From an uncultured Candidatus Saccharibacteria bacterium (GTDB taxonomy: Bacteria > Patescibacteriota > WWE3 > UBA101185 > UBA10185), in assembly GCA_964605725.1 (NCBI GenBank), contig CAZSDQ010000003.1:1-46264 (forward strand): a stretch of 46,264 nucleotides of DNA, in the 5' to 3' direction. This document shows, in pieces, positions 28,203 through 37,536 of this stretch. The stretch's first letter is position 1. Every line of letters starts with the position of its first letter. Position numbers and translations under genes: made by a program. A model generated the notes under the pieces. The model saw nothing but the letters and a program-made list of their open reading frames with translations. It was not told the DNA's origin and made no database searches.

Positions 28203-28706
28203 ATGTTTACTATGGAAAAATATGCAGTAATAAAATTAGGCTCTAAACAATTTATCGTCCAAGAAGGCGATGTCATTGAATTGGAAAGACAAGAAAAACC
28301 TCTTAAGGTTGATGTTTTGTTTTATACCGATGACCAAAAAACTATTATAGGCGAGCCTGAAATAAAGGATATTTCCGTCAAAGCAGAGGTAGTTGAAGAG
28401 AAGCTCGGTAAGAAAGTAAGAGTAGCAAGATTTAAAAAGAAGTCTCGTTACGAAAGAGTTAGAGGTCACAGACAACCTACGAGTATAGTAAAAATTGAAA
28501 AAATTGGTGACGGTAAGTTTGCCAAAGAAGAAAAGGAAGTAAAAGCAGAAAAAGTATCCGAAAAACCTGAAATTAAAGAAAAGAAAACAGTTGCAAAAGC
28601 TGTTGAAACAAAGAAACCTGTTACAAGTGAGAAACCAAAAAAAACTACTCCAGCTAAAACTCCAACAAAAAAACCTGTAGATAAAAAGTTGAAAGGTACA
28701 AAATAA
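28203..28706 (+). CDS. rplU: 50S ribosomal protein bL21 with a Lys-rich C-terminal extension
   Basis: YAVIKLGSKQFIV, RVARFKKKSRYERVRGHRQ; adjacent to rpmA. Confidence 0.95.
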   Translation: MFTMEKYAVIKLGSKQFIVQEGDVIELERQEKPLKVDVLFYTDDQKTIIGEPEIKDISVKAEVVEEKLGKKVRVARFKKKSRYERVRGHRQPTSIVKIEKIGDGKFAKEEKEVKAEKVSEKPEIKEKKTVAKAVETKKPVTSEKPKKTTPAKTPTKKPVDKKLKGTK

Positions 28707-28707
28707 A

Positions 28708-28980
28708 ATGGCACATACAAAAGCAGGTGGTTCCAAAGCAGTTCAAGGTGGTAACGTCAGCGGTAAAAGACTTGGTGTTAAGGTTTACGGAGGTTCTGCT
28801 GTTAAAACCGGACAGATCATATTAAGACAAAGAGGCAGAGAAATAGTTCCTGGAGATAATGTTAGTATGGGAAAAGATTTTACTATATATTCTAAAATCG
28901 ACGGTGTGGTGGATTTTTCATGGAAAACAAAAAGCAAAAAGAAAGTCAGTGTGTTAGAGAAAAAAGAAACCAAAAAATAA
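28708..28980 (+). CDS. rpmA: 50S ribosomal protein bL27
   Basis: MAHTKAGGS, KRLGVK, GQIILRQRG, VSMGKDFTIY. Confidence 0.97.
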   Translation: MAHTKAGGSKAVQGGNVSGKRLGVKVYGGSAVKTGQIILRQRGREIVPGDNVSMGKDFTIYSKIDGVVDFSWKTKSKKKVSVLEKKETKK

Positions 28981-29000
28981 GTCTACCTTTTTTATTTTAT

Positions 29001-29543
29001 TTATTTTACAAACCTGAAGTTTTGAAGAGGGTAGTAAACTAAAACGACTCTTCCAACAATATTTTCCTTTTTAACGTATCCCCACTCTCTGGAATCGTTG
29101 CTTTCCTCTCTATTGTCACCCATTACAACATACGAATCTTTAGGTATTTTATATTCGGGTCCTTCCTCTAATATTCTTTTACCTTCTGTGACAGTGCCGT
29201 CTTCCAAGTAGGTTTCGGACAATTCATCTCCGTTAATATATACTTTTCCATCCTGAATTTTTATATTCTCTCCAGGTAATCCAATAATTCTTTTTATTAA
29301 AAGCCTGTTGTTTTCATTTATATTTTTAAAAATTATAACGTCTCCTCGCTCTGTATTATTAATATTTATGGAGATTTTTTCAGCTATCAACTGTTCTTTG
29401 TCTCGAAAGTTTGGAATCATAGAATCTCCGACAACCTCAAAAAGCTGCCCAACAAAAAAGTAGATAATCGCAAAGACTATTAGGAATATAAAAATAATCT
29501 GAAAATATTCCACTATTACTTTTTTAACGTTTTTATCAAACAT
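29001..29543 (-). CDS. lepB: Signal peptidase I
   Basis: TM anchor, GDSMIPN (Ser), IKRIIGLPG (Lys), GDNREESNDSR. Confidence 0.95.
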   Translation of the reverse strand: MFDKNVKKVIVEYFQIIFIFLIVFAIIYFFVGQLFEVVGDSMIPNFRDKEQLIAEKISININNTERGDVIIFKNINENNRLLIKRIIGLPGENIKIQDGKVYINGDELSETYLEDGTVTEGKRILEEGPEYKIPKDSYVVMGDNREESNDSREWGYVKKENIVGRVVLVYYPLQNFRFVK

Positions 29544-29613
29544 AATTATCTAATCGTATTCCAGATGGGTAAAAAGTACAAGGTGTAGTAAAATGTTAGA
29601 TAGATAATATCGT

Positions 29614-29690
29614 GGGCTCGTAGCTCAGTCGGTTAGAGCGTTGCATTCACATTGCAAAGGTCTCAGGTTCGAATCCTGACGGGCCCACCA
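29614..29690 (+). tRNA. tRNA-Val(CAC)
   Basis: GGGCTCG/CGGGCCC acceptor, GCTC/GAGC D stem, TTGCA/TGCAA stem with loop TT-CAC-AT, TCAGG-TTCGAAT-CCTGA T arm, A73 and encoded CCA. Confidence 0.96.
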
Positions 29691-29925
29691 ATTAACGATT
29701 TGAGCTAAAGAAAGGATTCGAATGCCGCAACCGCGACGGCGGTGAGGCGGGGTCGACTGGCGCATCAGCAGATGCGAACAGGTGACCGAATCCTGACGGG
29801 CCCACCAATTAACGATTTGAGCTAAAGAAAGGATTCGAATGCCGCAACCGCGACGGCGGTGAGGCGGGGTCGACTGGCGCATCAGCAGATGCGAACAGGT
29901 GACCGAATCCTGACGGGCCCACCAA
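29671..29925 (+). repeat. Tandem 117-bp repeat (about 2.2 copies): last 20 nt of tRNA-Val plus a 97-nt GC-rich structured spacer
   Basis: GAATCCTGACGGGCCCACCA at 29671, 29788 and 29905; the two 97-nt spacers are identical. Confidence 0.95.
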
Positions 29926-29949
29926 GAAATTAAGGAATATAATATTATT

Positions 29950-30402
29950 ATGATTTATATAAAATATTTTATATTTTGTTTATTGGTAGCGATACTGCTT
30001 GCCTTGTTTGAAATACAAACCGAAGGAAAGCACGGGTGGGCAAAAAAATTACCAACATGGAAAAAAAGCTTCAAGTTTTTAGACGCGCTCCCCGGCTTCC
30101 GTGGTCCTATTACAGGTTATCATATATATCTTTTCACAATGATTCTATTTCTGGTTCACATACCGTTTTTATTTATGAGGTGGGACTTAAGAACCGAGGT
30201 AATAATTTTGTCTGGTTACACTTTAATAGCGATGCTGGAAGATTTTTTGTGGTTTGTTTTTAACCCACATTTCGGATTAGAAAAGTTCAAAGAAAAACAC
30301 ATCTCTTGGCACGAGGATTGGATTGGACCAATGCCTGTGCAGTATATTTACGTTTTTGTAATTTGGGTAACCTTGTTTGTGCTTGGTTTTTTTATTATTT
30401 AA
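29950..30402 (+). CDS. Hypothetical polytopic membrane protein
   Basis: 150 aa with about four hydrophobic segments and polar islands EIQTEGKHGWA and EDFLWFVFNP. Confidence 0.7.
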   Translation: MIYIKYFIFCLLVAILLALFEIQTEGKHGWAKKLPTWKKSFKFLDALPGFRGPITGYHIYLFTMILFLVHIPFLFMRWDLRTEVIILSGYTLIAMLEDFLWFVFNPHFGLEKFKEKHISWHEDWIGPMPVQYIYVFVIWVTLFVLGFFII

Positions 30403-31636
30403 TAAAGTAATCGTAGAGCAAATTCCAGAGCTCGGTGTAACCCCCGTCATATCCGAGTGCCCACATTCCGACACCTCCAAGGTTGTATTCATTAACAATA
30501 TCGTATTTGTATTTCAATGATTTTGCATTTTCATAGTATGTGGTTCTAAGTTGCCCTGTTTCGGGACTTACATATGTAAAATAGGGTGATTTACCTTCCT
30601 CATTCCATTTTAAAACAGGATTTAGCTCAAGTATGGTTCCAAGTATGTCTTCATATGATTGAGATTGTGAATACCCGTTTTCATCTGACCCGTCTTTTCT
30701 TTTTGAGTATTGAGATTCATCTTCTACCAGCCAGTTATATCCATAATAAGGTACTCCAAGAATTATTTTATTAGGAGGTACTTTAGTCAAAAAGTCATTA
30801 ATTGTTTCTTTTATATCAATTCCCGGTCCTTCAATAGGTGATACCGGACCTATTTCTTCTGAAGTAGGTTGGTGGTAATCGTAAGCCATTATAAAAATTC
30901 CATCTGCCGCCCTGCTCAAGTTTTCCAAATCAGAGCTGACTCTGTTTTGTGTTGCGGAATCTCCGAAAGCCGAAACAACAACATAAGAATTTCCATAAAT
31001 TTTATCAAGTTCATCGTTTAAATATTTGGTAAACTCAGAAAACTTTTTATCAATACCTTCCTTTGTTCCTTCAGCGTGTTCAAAATTCAAATTAACATCC
31101 CTTATACCTTTTCTATCTAACTCTGTTCTTAAATTTTTTACTAAATTATCCCAACACTCCCTGCAGTTAAGAAACTCGTCATTAGAGGCATCGTCGTGAG
31201 CTATTATAGTAAGTGCAAACCTGACATTATTTTCCTTACAGTGAGTTATTAGTAAATTAAGCTCATCACTGTTTTTCCAATTATTGTAGGCGGGTTCGAT
31301 TATGGTTGTTCCATCTTCCCCGATAGTTGTAGTCATGAAATCTCCGTATTCATTTAAATATAAACCAAAATAAGCTATATCAGTTAGTTTATCTAGCTGA
31401 AGATACTCTATTTTGGTAATATTCCAGTAAGGCAGGTACCCGTAAATTAATTTCCTTGGCTTCTCTGATATTTTTGAAAAGCTTGAAAGTACGTTTATGT
31501 TACTTGAAAAAGGAGAGACAACTTTACTGCTTCTGATATTTTTTGGTGTACCTGTTTTTTTTACAGACATCGAGGCCGTAAATAACAAGGCTGAAATGAC
31601 AAATATCGAAATAATAAGAATTTTTTTTGTTTTCAT
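30395..31636 (-). CDS. Membrane-anchored glycoside hydrolase family 18 protein
   Basis: IYGYLPYW, DGIFIMAYDYH, KIILGVPYYGY, GGVGMWALGYD; catalytic stretch reads DVNLNFE. Confidence 0.88.
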   Translation of the reverse strand: MKTKKILIISIFVISALLFTASMSVKKTGTPKNIRSSKVVSPFSSNINVLSSFSKISEKPRKLIYGYLPYWNITKIEYLQLDKLTDIAYFGLYLNEYGDFMTTTIGEDGTTIIEPAYNNWKNSDELNLLITHCKENNVRFALTIIAHDDASNDEFLNCRECWDNLVKNLRTELDRKGIRDVNLNFEHAEGTKEGIDKKFSEFTKYLNDELDKIYGNSYVVVSAFGDSATQNRVSSDLENLSRAADGIFIMAYDYHQPTSEEIGPVSPIEGPGIDIKETINDFLTKVPPNKIILGVPYYGYNWLVEDESQYSKRKDGSDENGYSQSQSYEDILGTILELNPVLKWNEEGKSPYFTYVSPETGQLRTTYYENAKSLKYKYDIVNEYNLGGVGMWALGYDGGYTELWNLLYDYFIK

Positions 31637-31699
31637 TCGGGTTAATTTTACACGATAATTACACTAAGGTCTTTAATAAAATGTTAAAATTGCATAAAT

Positions 31700-32926
31700 A
31701 TGGATATATCTAAGACTAAGCGAAAATTTTGGTCTTTTTTCTTGTTGTCGCTAATACTATTTGGTGTATTGTCTTACCTTTTTTATAAAAACATTGTTAC
31801 ATCAAAGCAAAAGAAGTTAGAAAAAGACATTGAGAATATTGAAATGGATTTTGTTTTTAAGTCTGAAGACTGGTGGGAACAGGAAGAAGAGTGTACTGCT
31901 ATACAAAATATCGAATATTACTATTATTCTGGAGATGATCCCCTATGGAAAGAAAATAATAAGTTCGGGCTTTATATCTATGCTGAAGAAAAAGATTTTT
32001 TTGAGATTGCGCAAAATTTAATCAACTCAAAGGGAGGGGAGTGGGGTTACGTTTTAATACCCTACAATGTAAAAGATTACGATGAAGGTAAGTGGGGGAG
32101 GGTTTTTGATCAATTAATTAGTAAGAAATTAATTCCTGTAATTCAGTTATGGAATTTTGATAAAGATCATTATCAAAAAAATACCAAGAGAGCTGCAGAG
32201 TTTTTAAATTCCTTTATCTGGCCTATAAAGTATCGCTACATCAGTGTATATAATGAACCTAACGATGATAAGTTTTGGGTAGGTGATGCTGATCCGGAGG
32301 AATACGCCGAGGTTTTAGATTTTACTATTAAAACCTTTAAGGAAACTAACCCTGATTTTTATATGTTAAACGGAGCTTTAAACATTAGTTCTCCAACCGA
32401 CGGTCAAAATATTGACGCTTTTGAGTTTATGAGAAAAATGAATGAAAAAGTACCAGGAATATTTGATAAATTAGATGGTTGGGCTTCACATCCTTATCCT
32501 CAACCAAATTTTTCAGGCAATCCTTACGATAAGGGGAGGTGGAGCATCCGAGCTTACGAGGATGAGTTGAAATATTTAAAAGAAGATTTAGGAGTTAAAA
32601 AAGATCTACCGGTTTTTATAACCGAAACGGGGTGGGCACATGCCGAAGGTGATAATTATAACCCTTCCTTTCCGAAAGTTGAGACTGTGTCGGAATATTA
32701 TAAAATAGCTTTTGAGGAGGTATGGTTGAAAGATGATAGAGTGAGGGCAGTCATGCCGTTTACGATCAGATACGACCCTCCATTCGACCATTTTTCTTGG
32801 ATTAATAAAGACAAAGTTCCTTATCTTCAATACGAGGTTTTGAAAAAAATCGAAAAAGTGAAAGGAAAACCACCGGCTTTAATGACGGATAATGTAGATA
32901 TTTATAACTGCCCTGGTAGCAAATGA
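31700..32926 (+). CDS. Membrane-anchored clan GH-A glycoside hydrolase (GH5/GH39-like)
   Basis: N-terminal TM; VYNEPN (acid/base Glu), ASHPYP, VFITETGW (nucleophile Glu). Confidence 0.78.
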   Translation: MDISKTKRKFWSFFLLSLILFGVLSYLFYKNIVTSKQKKLEKDIENIEMDFVFKSEDWWEQEEECTAIQNIEYYYYSGDDPLWKENNKFGLYIYAEEKDFFEIAQNLINSKGGEWGYVLIPYNVKDYDEGKWGRVFDQLISKKLIPVIQLWNFDKDHYQKNTKRAAEFLNSFIWPIKYRYISVYNEPNDDKFWVGDADPEEYAEVLDFTIKTFKETNPDFYMLNGALNISSPTDGQNIDAFEFMRKMNEKVPGIFDKLDGWASHPYPQPNFSGNPYDKGRWSIRAYEDELKYLKEDLGVKKDLPVFITETGWAHAEGDNYNPSFPKVETVSEYYKIAFEEVWLKDDRVRAVMPFTIRYDPPFDHFSWINKDKVPYLQYEVLKKIEKVKGKPPALMTDNVDIYNCPGSK

Positions 32927-34212
32927 AACTTAATTTAAAATCAAACACAGCGACTAAAATTGCCAGCAATACTGTATATCAGATATTTGGAAAATTAATC
33001 AGCATGTCTATTACAATGCTTGCTGTGGTAATTATTACAAGGTCTTACGGCCGAGAAGGGTACGGAGCTTTTAGTTTGATGCAATCTTGGCCTGCTCTAT
33101 TTTTTGTGATTGTAGATTTTGGTATTAACGCCATTGCAGCAAGAGATATTACTGAAGATTGGTCTAAAGCGGCAAAATATTTAGGAAATATTTTAATAAT
33201 TCGTTTCTTATTTTCCCTGTTTTTAATATTAATAATCTCCTTTAGTATCAGTTTTTTTCCGTATACATCTGATCTAAGAAACGGTATTAGACTTGGACTC
33301 TTTTTACTTATCACTCAATCTTTATTCTCTACGACAAATATTTTTTTTCAGGTGAAATTAAGATATGATTACTCAACCATAGCTTATGTCGGAGGTTATA
33401 TTCTCATCCTTGTCTTAGTTTTAATTTCTTCATACTTCAAACTTCCTGTTACGTGGGCGAACTTTTCTTACGTAATAGGCGGGCTGCTAACCTTTATTTT
33501 AAGTATGAGTTATTTAGCTAAAATGGGCATAAAGCCGGATTTTTCTCTTGATAAAAAAATATGGAAATATCTCATTTTATCGGCACTTCCCATTGGGATA
33601 ATGTTTTTGTTCAGCCAAATGAGCTTTAAAGAAGATGCTCTGATGCTTTCTTTTTTGAAATTACCTAAATCTTACGGTCTGAATAATACCGAAAGTGTGG
33701 CTGTTTACGCCCTACCTTACAAGGTTTTTGAGGTTATGCTGGTAGTGCCTACATTTTTTATGAATTCTGTTTACCCGGTTTTAGTTGGCCATATGGTTGA
33801 GGGGGAACAGAAACTGAAAAAAACATTTGCACGGGTTATGTATTTTCTTACAGGATCGGGGTTGATAATAGGTTTGCTAGGTGTTGTTTTTTCATCCTTG
33901 TCTATGAAAATCCTAGGTGGCGAGGAATTTGTTCAATCTGTTGGTGTTTTAAATATACTTTCAGGAGGGTTGTTTATTTTTTACCTTACATCTCCAATAT
34001 CGTGGTTGATTGTTACCTTAGGATACCAAAAATATCTTCCATGGATTTATTTTGTTAGCTTTTCATTTAATATAATAATGAACTTCATATTCATTCCAAA
34101 ATACTCTTTCTATGGTGCTTCTTGGATTACAGTACTTTCAGAGTTTATAGTTCTTATACTTTTGATCATTTTTGCCCGAAAATCTTGGAGGTTGAAATAT
34201 GCTCGTAGCTAG
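32923..34212 (+). CDS. Wzx-type (MOP family) oligosaccharide flippase
   Basis: About 12 TM; IASNTVYQIFGK, YGREGYG.FS, DFGINAI, VAVYALPYK, IPKYSFYGASW; ATGA overlap with the upstream gene. Confidence 0.88.
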   Translation: MKLNLKSNTATKIASNTVYQIFGKLISMSITMLAVVIITRSYGREGYGAFSLMQSWPALFFVIVDFGINAIAARDITEDWSKAAKYLGNILIIRFLFSLFLILIISFSISFFPYTSDLRNGIRLGLFLLITQSLFSTTNIFFQVKLRYDYSTIAYVGGYILILVLVLISSYFKLPVTWANFSYVIGGLLTFILSMSYLAKMGIKPDFSLDKKIWKYLILSALPIGIMFLFSQMSFKEDALMLSFLKLPKSYGLNNTESVAVYALPYKVFEVMLVVPTFFMNSVYPVLVGHMVEGEQKLKKTFARVMYFLTGSGLIIGLLGVVFSSLSMKILGGEEFVQSVGVLNILSGGLFIFYLTSPISWLIVTLGYQKYLPWIYFVSFSFNIIMNFIFIPKYSFYGASWITVLSEFIVLILLIIFARKSWRLKYARS

Positions 34213-35419
34213 CTTTTATATAACCCTTTTCTTGTTAAGTTTGAATCAGTTATCGGTGTTATCAAAAAGCGGGGGAGTGAGTGTATATCTTTTTGACATT
34301 AGTGTTATTTTATTTTCATTATTCGGAACTTGTTATTTTCTAATATTGAAAAAGTCCTTTAAAATACCGAGATACGCTTATTTGTATGTTTTTTTTATAT
34401 TACCCGCAGGTATTTCCCTTTTACTATCTTCAATAGAGTTTTCTACAGATAAAATAATGACCGGATTTTTCTATTTATTACGATATTTTTCTTATCTGCT
34501 GTCGGGTGTAGTTGTATACAACATGGTGGACAAAAGATTATTAAGCAAAAAAAGGATTGAAGATGCCTTTATTTTATCCGGAATATTTATTGCCATTGCA
34601 GGGTTTATTCAACTGATACTTTTACCTGATTTTACTATTTTAGACCCGAGCCTTGGTTGGGATCCCCATAAAAATCGCTTAGCCTCAACCTTTTTTGACC
34701 CAAATTTTGTAGGAGCCTACTTTGTTATTTGCTTAGCTGTTTTGTTAGAAAGGATATTTCCCGATAAATGTACAAAGGAAAGTTCTAAAACTGGTTTTTA
34801 TACCTATTTTTGCTTGATTGTTATTTTAATTGGTTTGATACTCACATTTTCAAGAAGTGCTTGGGGTATGATGGGAATTGTTGTCTTAGCATACGGGGTT
34901 TTTAGATCTAAAGTATTGTTATTAGTAGCTTTTTTTACTGCCTTTATGGCTTATTTTGCCATTCCTAGGGTTCAAACAAGGATTTCAGGTACTACGGACC
35001 CCGCCGACTCTGCTTCCCTTAGAATCGTATCCTGGGGCAACACAGTTAGAATAATAAAGGATAACATTTGGACAGGTGTCGGTTTTAACACTTATAGGTA
35101 CGCACAAGAGAACTATGGGTTTTTAACCCCAGATCAAGATGAGATACACTCGGGGGCGGGGTCCGATTCCAGCCTCCTTTTGGTTTTTGCAACGACTGGG
35201 ATTTTTGGTTTTTTGATTTATTTTGTTGCGTTTTTATTTCCTATTATTGATTCATTGAAAAAAAGGTATTTAGGATGGCTCGTTATACTCGGCATCTTAA
35301 TAAGTCTTTTAATTGAATCTCAATTTATAAATAGTTTATTCTATCCTCAAATCATGTTTATCCTATTTCCTATACTTTTTATCTTTGATAATAGGCTACA
35401 GTACCTAAGTGTTTTATAA
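34199..35419 (+). CDS. O-antigen ligase/polymerase family protein (WaaL/Wzy/PglL-like)
   Basis: RLASTFFDPNFVG, LTFSRSAW, S..LRIVSW....W.GVG periplasmic-loop pattern; many TMs. Confidence 0.85.
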   Translation: MLVASFYITLFLLSLNQLSVLSKSGGVSVYLFDISVILFSLFGTCYFLILKKSFKIPRYAYLYVFFILPAGISLLLSSIEFSTDKIMTGFFYLLRYFSYLLSGVVVYNMVDKRLLSKKRIEDAFILSGIFIAIAGFIQLILLPDFTILDPSLGWDPHKNRLASTFFDPNFVGAYFVICLAVLLERIFPDKCTKESSKTGFYTYFCLIVILIGLILTFSRSAWGMMGIVVLAYGVFRSKVLLLVAFFTAFMAYFAIPRVQTRISGTTDPADSASLRIVSWGNTVRIIKDNIWTGVGFNTYRYAQENYGFLTPDQDEIHSGAGSDSSLLLVFATTGIFGFLIYFVAFLFPIIDSLKKRYLGWLVILGILISLLIESQFINSLFYPQIMFILFPILFIFDNRLQYLSVL

Positions 35420-35442
35420 TTTATCAAGCTTAATAATATAAT

Positions 35443-37536
35443 ATGAAACCAATTATTATAGAAATACTTAACCGGCTATTACTTTTATTTATACTTGTTG
35501 TGCCGAATATTTATCTTGTTTTAATACTTGCCAGAGTTAAGAAATGTTTAAAGTCGTTGCTTATTCCTGCATTTTGTATGTCTCTCTTGATATTAATATT
35601 TTTAAATAAACTTATATTTACAAGTCAGACTCTGTCAGCTCAAGATTTTAATAACATCCAGATTCCCTTCTTTCACTTTTTTAAGGAATCTATAGTTAAT
35701 TATTTTGAACCTCCTTTTTGGAACAGTAGATTCGGAGGTGGTTTTGATGCTTTTTCAAATCCCATATCAGCTTATTTTGCACCACTCAACTTTATATTTT
35801 TAATTTTTAAAAATGTTTATGAAGGTGCAGGTGTGTTTATATATTTTCAGTTACTTTTAACTTCGCTTTTTTCATTATTATTATTTAAAGAATTGAAATT
35901 TAATAATTACCTCTCATTTTTTGGAGCGATAGTTTTTACATTTAATGGTTTTGTTACTATGAGGTTATCGCCAGGAGTAGGAATTGAGTATTTATATTCA
36001 TATAAATGGATTCCATTGATAATGTTCTTCACCTTAATCTACTTAAGAGACCGTAAGTTACACGATTTGGCGTTGTTGTCTATTTCTCTGGCCTTTACTC
36101 TTGAAGGGAATTTAAATATTGTTATCTCGATATGGGCTTTTTGGTTATTGTTTTTGTTATTTATGTCTAAAAATTTTATAAGAGATATACGACACTACAT
36201 TTTAATTCCTTTATTATCGATGCTCCTATTTTCTATAAAAATATTACCCTTCTTAGATCTAATGAGAAACAGTACCGGTAGGATATCCGGAGTTGTAACT
36301 GGATGGAGATTGAATAAGATTGATATGATAGATTTTTTGTCTTATTTTCCTCCCATCAGACAGCTATTCGGTTCCGCTTTATTTACCCCGGGAATTATTG
36401 CTATAGCTTTTTTCTTCTTAAGTGTCGTGTACATTATCTTTTCAATATTTTCAAAAAGAAAAATAGAAAAAATATTTGTATTTTTGATATGTTCAATAAT
36501 TTTCGGATTTATAATAAATACGTATAATCCTTTATCAAATTTCTTATTTTCACTTCCTTTTTTTAATAGAATCACAATAGTACCTGCATTTATGGTTTTT
36601 ATTTTTACCCCGGTGTATATTCTGTCGGTTTATGGGTTAGAGATGTTTAAGAATTACGTGTTGAGCAGAAGATTTCTTAAAAATTTTAAGAATTTAGATA
36701 AATTTGGAATTGTATGCATTTCGCTACTGGTTTTTGCTGAAATATTAACAGGACCATCAACTTTTGGTAACAATACTTATAGCTTTAATTTTGCAAAAAT
36801 GGATAAAACCGAAGTAAATAAGGTACCTCCATATAATACTATTAAAAATCTAAGGCCCGGTGTATTTGCGTTTATAGATAGTTCAGATACATTTCTCTAT
36901 CCGCACGTAATCTCAAATATAGACCTGTATACTCTAAATAATTTTAAATATTTTTACAGCCCATCTTCAGAAAGAAATTTAATAAAAGAAGGTGTGTTTA
37001 AAGATATCGTTAATAGGTCAGATTATATTATCAGTACAAAACCCTTAAATGAGAAAGAAGTGTCTCTTATCTCAGAAGTAGGGACAGCTGATATTTTTAG
37101 CAACTTTAAATCTTATTCTATTTTAGATAAAAAATATGATTATTTAGATTTACAGGCAAAGAATGATTGGAATGAACTTATGTATATATATAGTGTTGAA
37201 ACAAGTGATCTTCAAAAACCATATTTTAAAAAATTGGATAATCACCCGACAAAATTAAGTATTTCAAAGGTTGATGATTACAAAGTTGATAATGAAATTA
37301 AAACGTCTGTTCGATATTCCAGATGGTGGCGGGATCTTAACGTAAATAAAGTAATACTGAGCGAAGATGAATTTGGATTTATGGTGATTAATGAGGTAGG
37401 GGAGAGAGATAAAGTTGATCTGTTCTATCTAAACCCTTACATTTATGCCGGGCTTTTCTTATCTTTGTTGAGCTCTATTGTGGTGTTTTATCTATGGAGG
37501 GGTAGCGCAGAAACTACTGTCCCTTCACGTACTTAA
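35443..37536 (+). CDS. Polytopic GT-C-like membrane glycosyltransferase (YfhO-like)
   Basis: PPFWNSRFGGGFDAFSNP loop after the first TMs, about 11-13 TMs and a soluble C-terminal domain. Confidence 0.6.
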   Translation: MKPIIIEILNRLLLLFILVVPNIYLVLILARVKKCLKSLLIPAFCMSLLILIFLNKLIFTSQTLSAQDFNNIQIPFFHFFKESIVNYFEPPFWNSRFGGGFDAFSNPISAYFAPLNFIFLIFKNVYEGAGVFIYFQLLLTSLFSLLLFKELKFNNYLSFFGAIVFTFNGFVTMRLSPGVGIEYLYSYKWIPLIMFFTLIYLRDRKLHDLALLSISLAFTLEGNLNIVISIWAFWLLFLLFMSKNFIRDIRHYILIPLLSMLLFSIKILPFLDLMRNSTGRISGVVTGWRLNKIDMIDFLSYFPPIRQLFGSALFTPGIIAIAFFFLSVVYIIFSIFSKRKIEKIFVFLICSIIFGFIINTYNPLSNFLFSLPFFNRITIVPAFMVFIFTPVYILSVYGLEMFKNYVLSRRFLKNFKNLDKFGIVCISLLVFAEILTGPSTFGNNTYSFNFAKMDKTEVNKVPPYNTIKNLRPGVFAFIDSSDTFLYPHVISNIDLYTLNNFKYFYSPSSERNLIKEGVFKDIVNRSDYIISTKPLNEKEVSLISEVGTADIFSNFKSYSILDKKYDYLDLQAKNDWNELMYIYSVETSDLQKPYFKKLDNHPTKLSISKVDDYKVDNEIKTSVRYSRWWRDLNVNKVILSEDEFGFMVINEVGERDKVDLFYLNPYIYAGLFLSLLSSIVVFYLWRGSAETTVPSRT

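Noticed and set aside
29713-29794. Hammerhead or other self-cleaving ribozyme
   Set aside because: The three-way junction lacks the CUGANGA and GAAA cores on both strands (the minus strand has CTGATGC only).
29625-29882. 85-aa ORF with an internal duplication
   Set aside because: It is the antisense translation of the tRNA and its tandem repeat.
29671-29925. CRISPR array
   Set aside because: The spacers are identical and 97 nt long, the repeat is the tRNA 3' end, and no cas1/cas2 is present.
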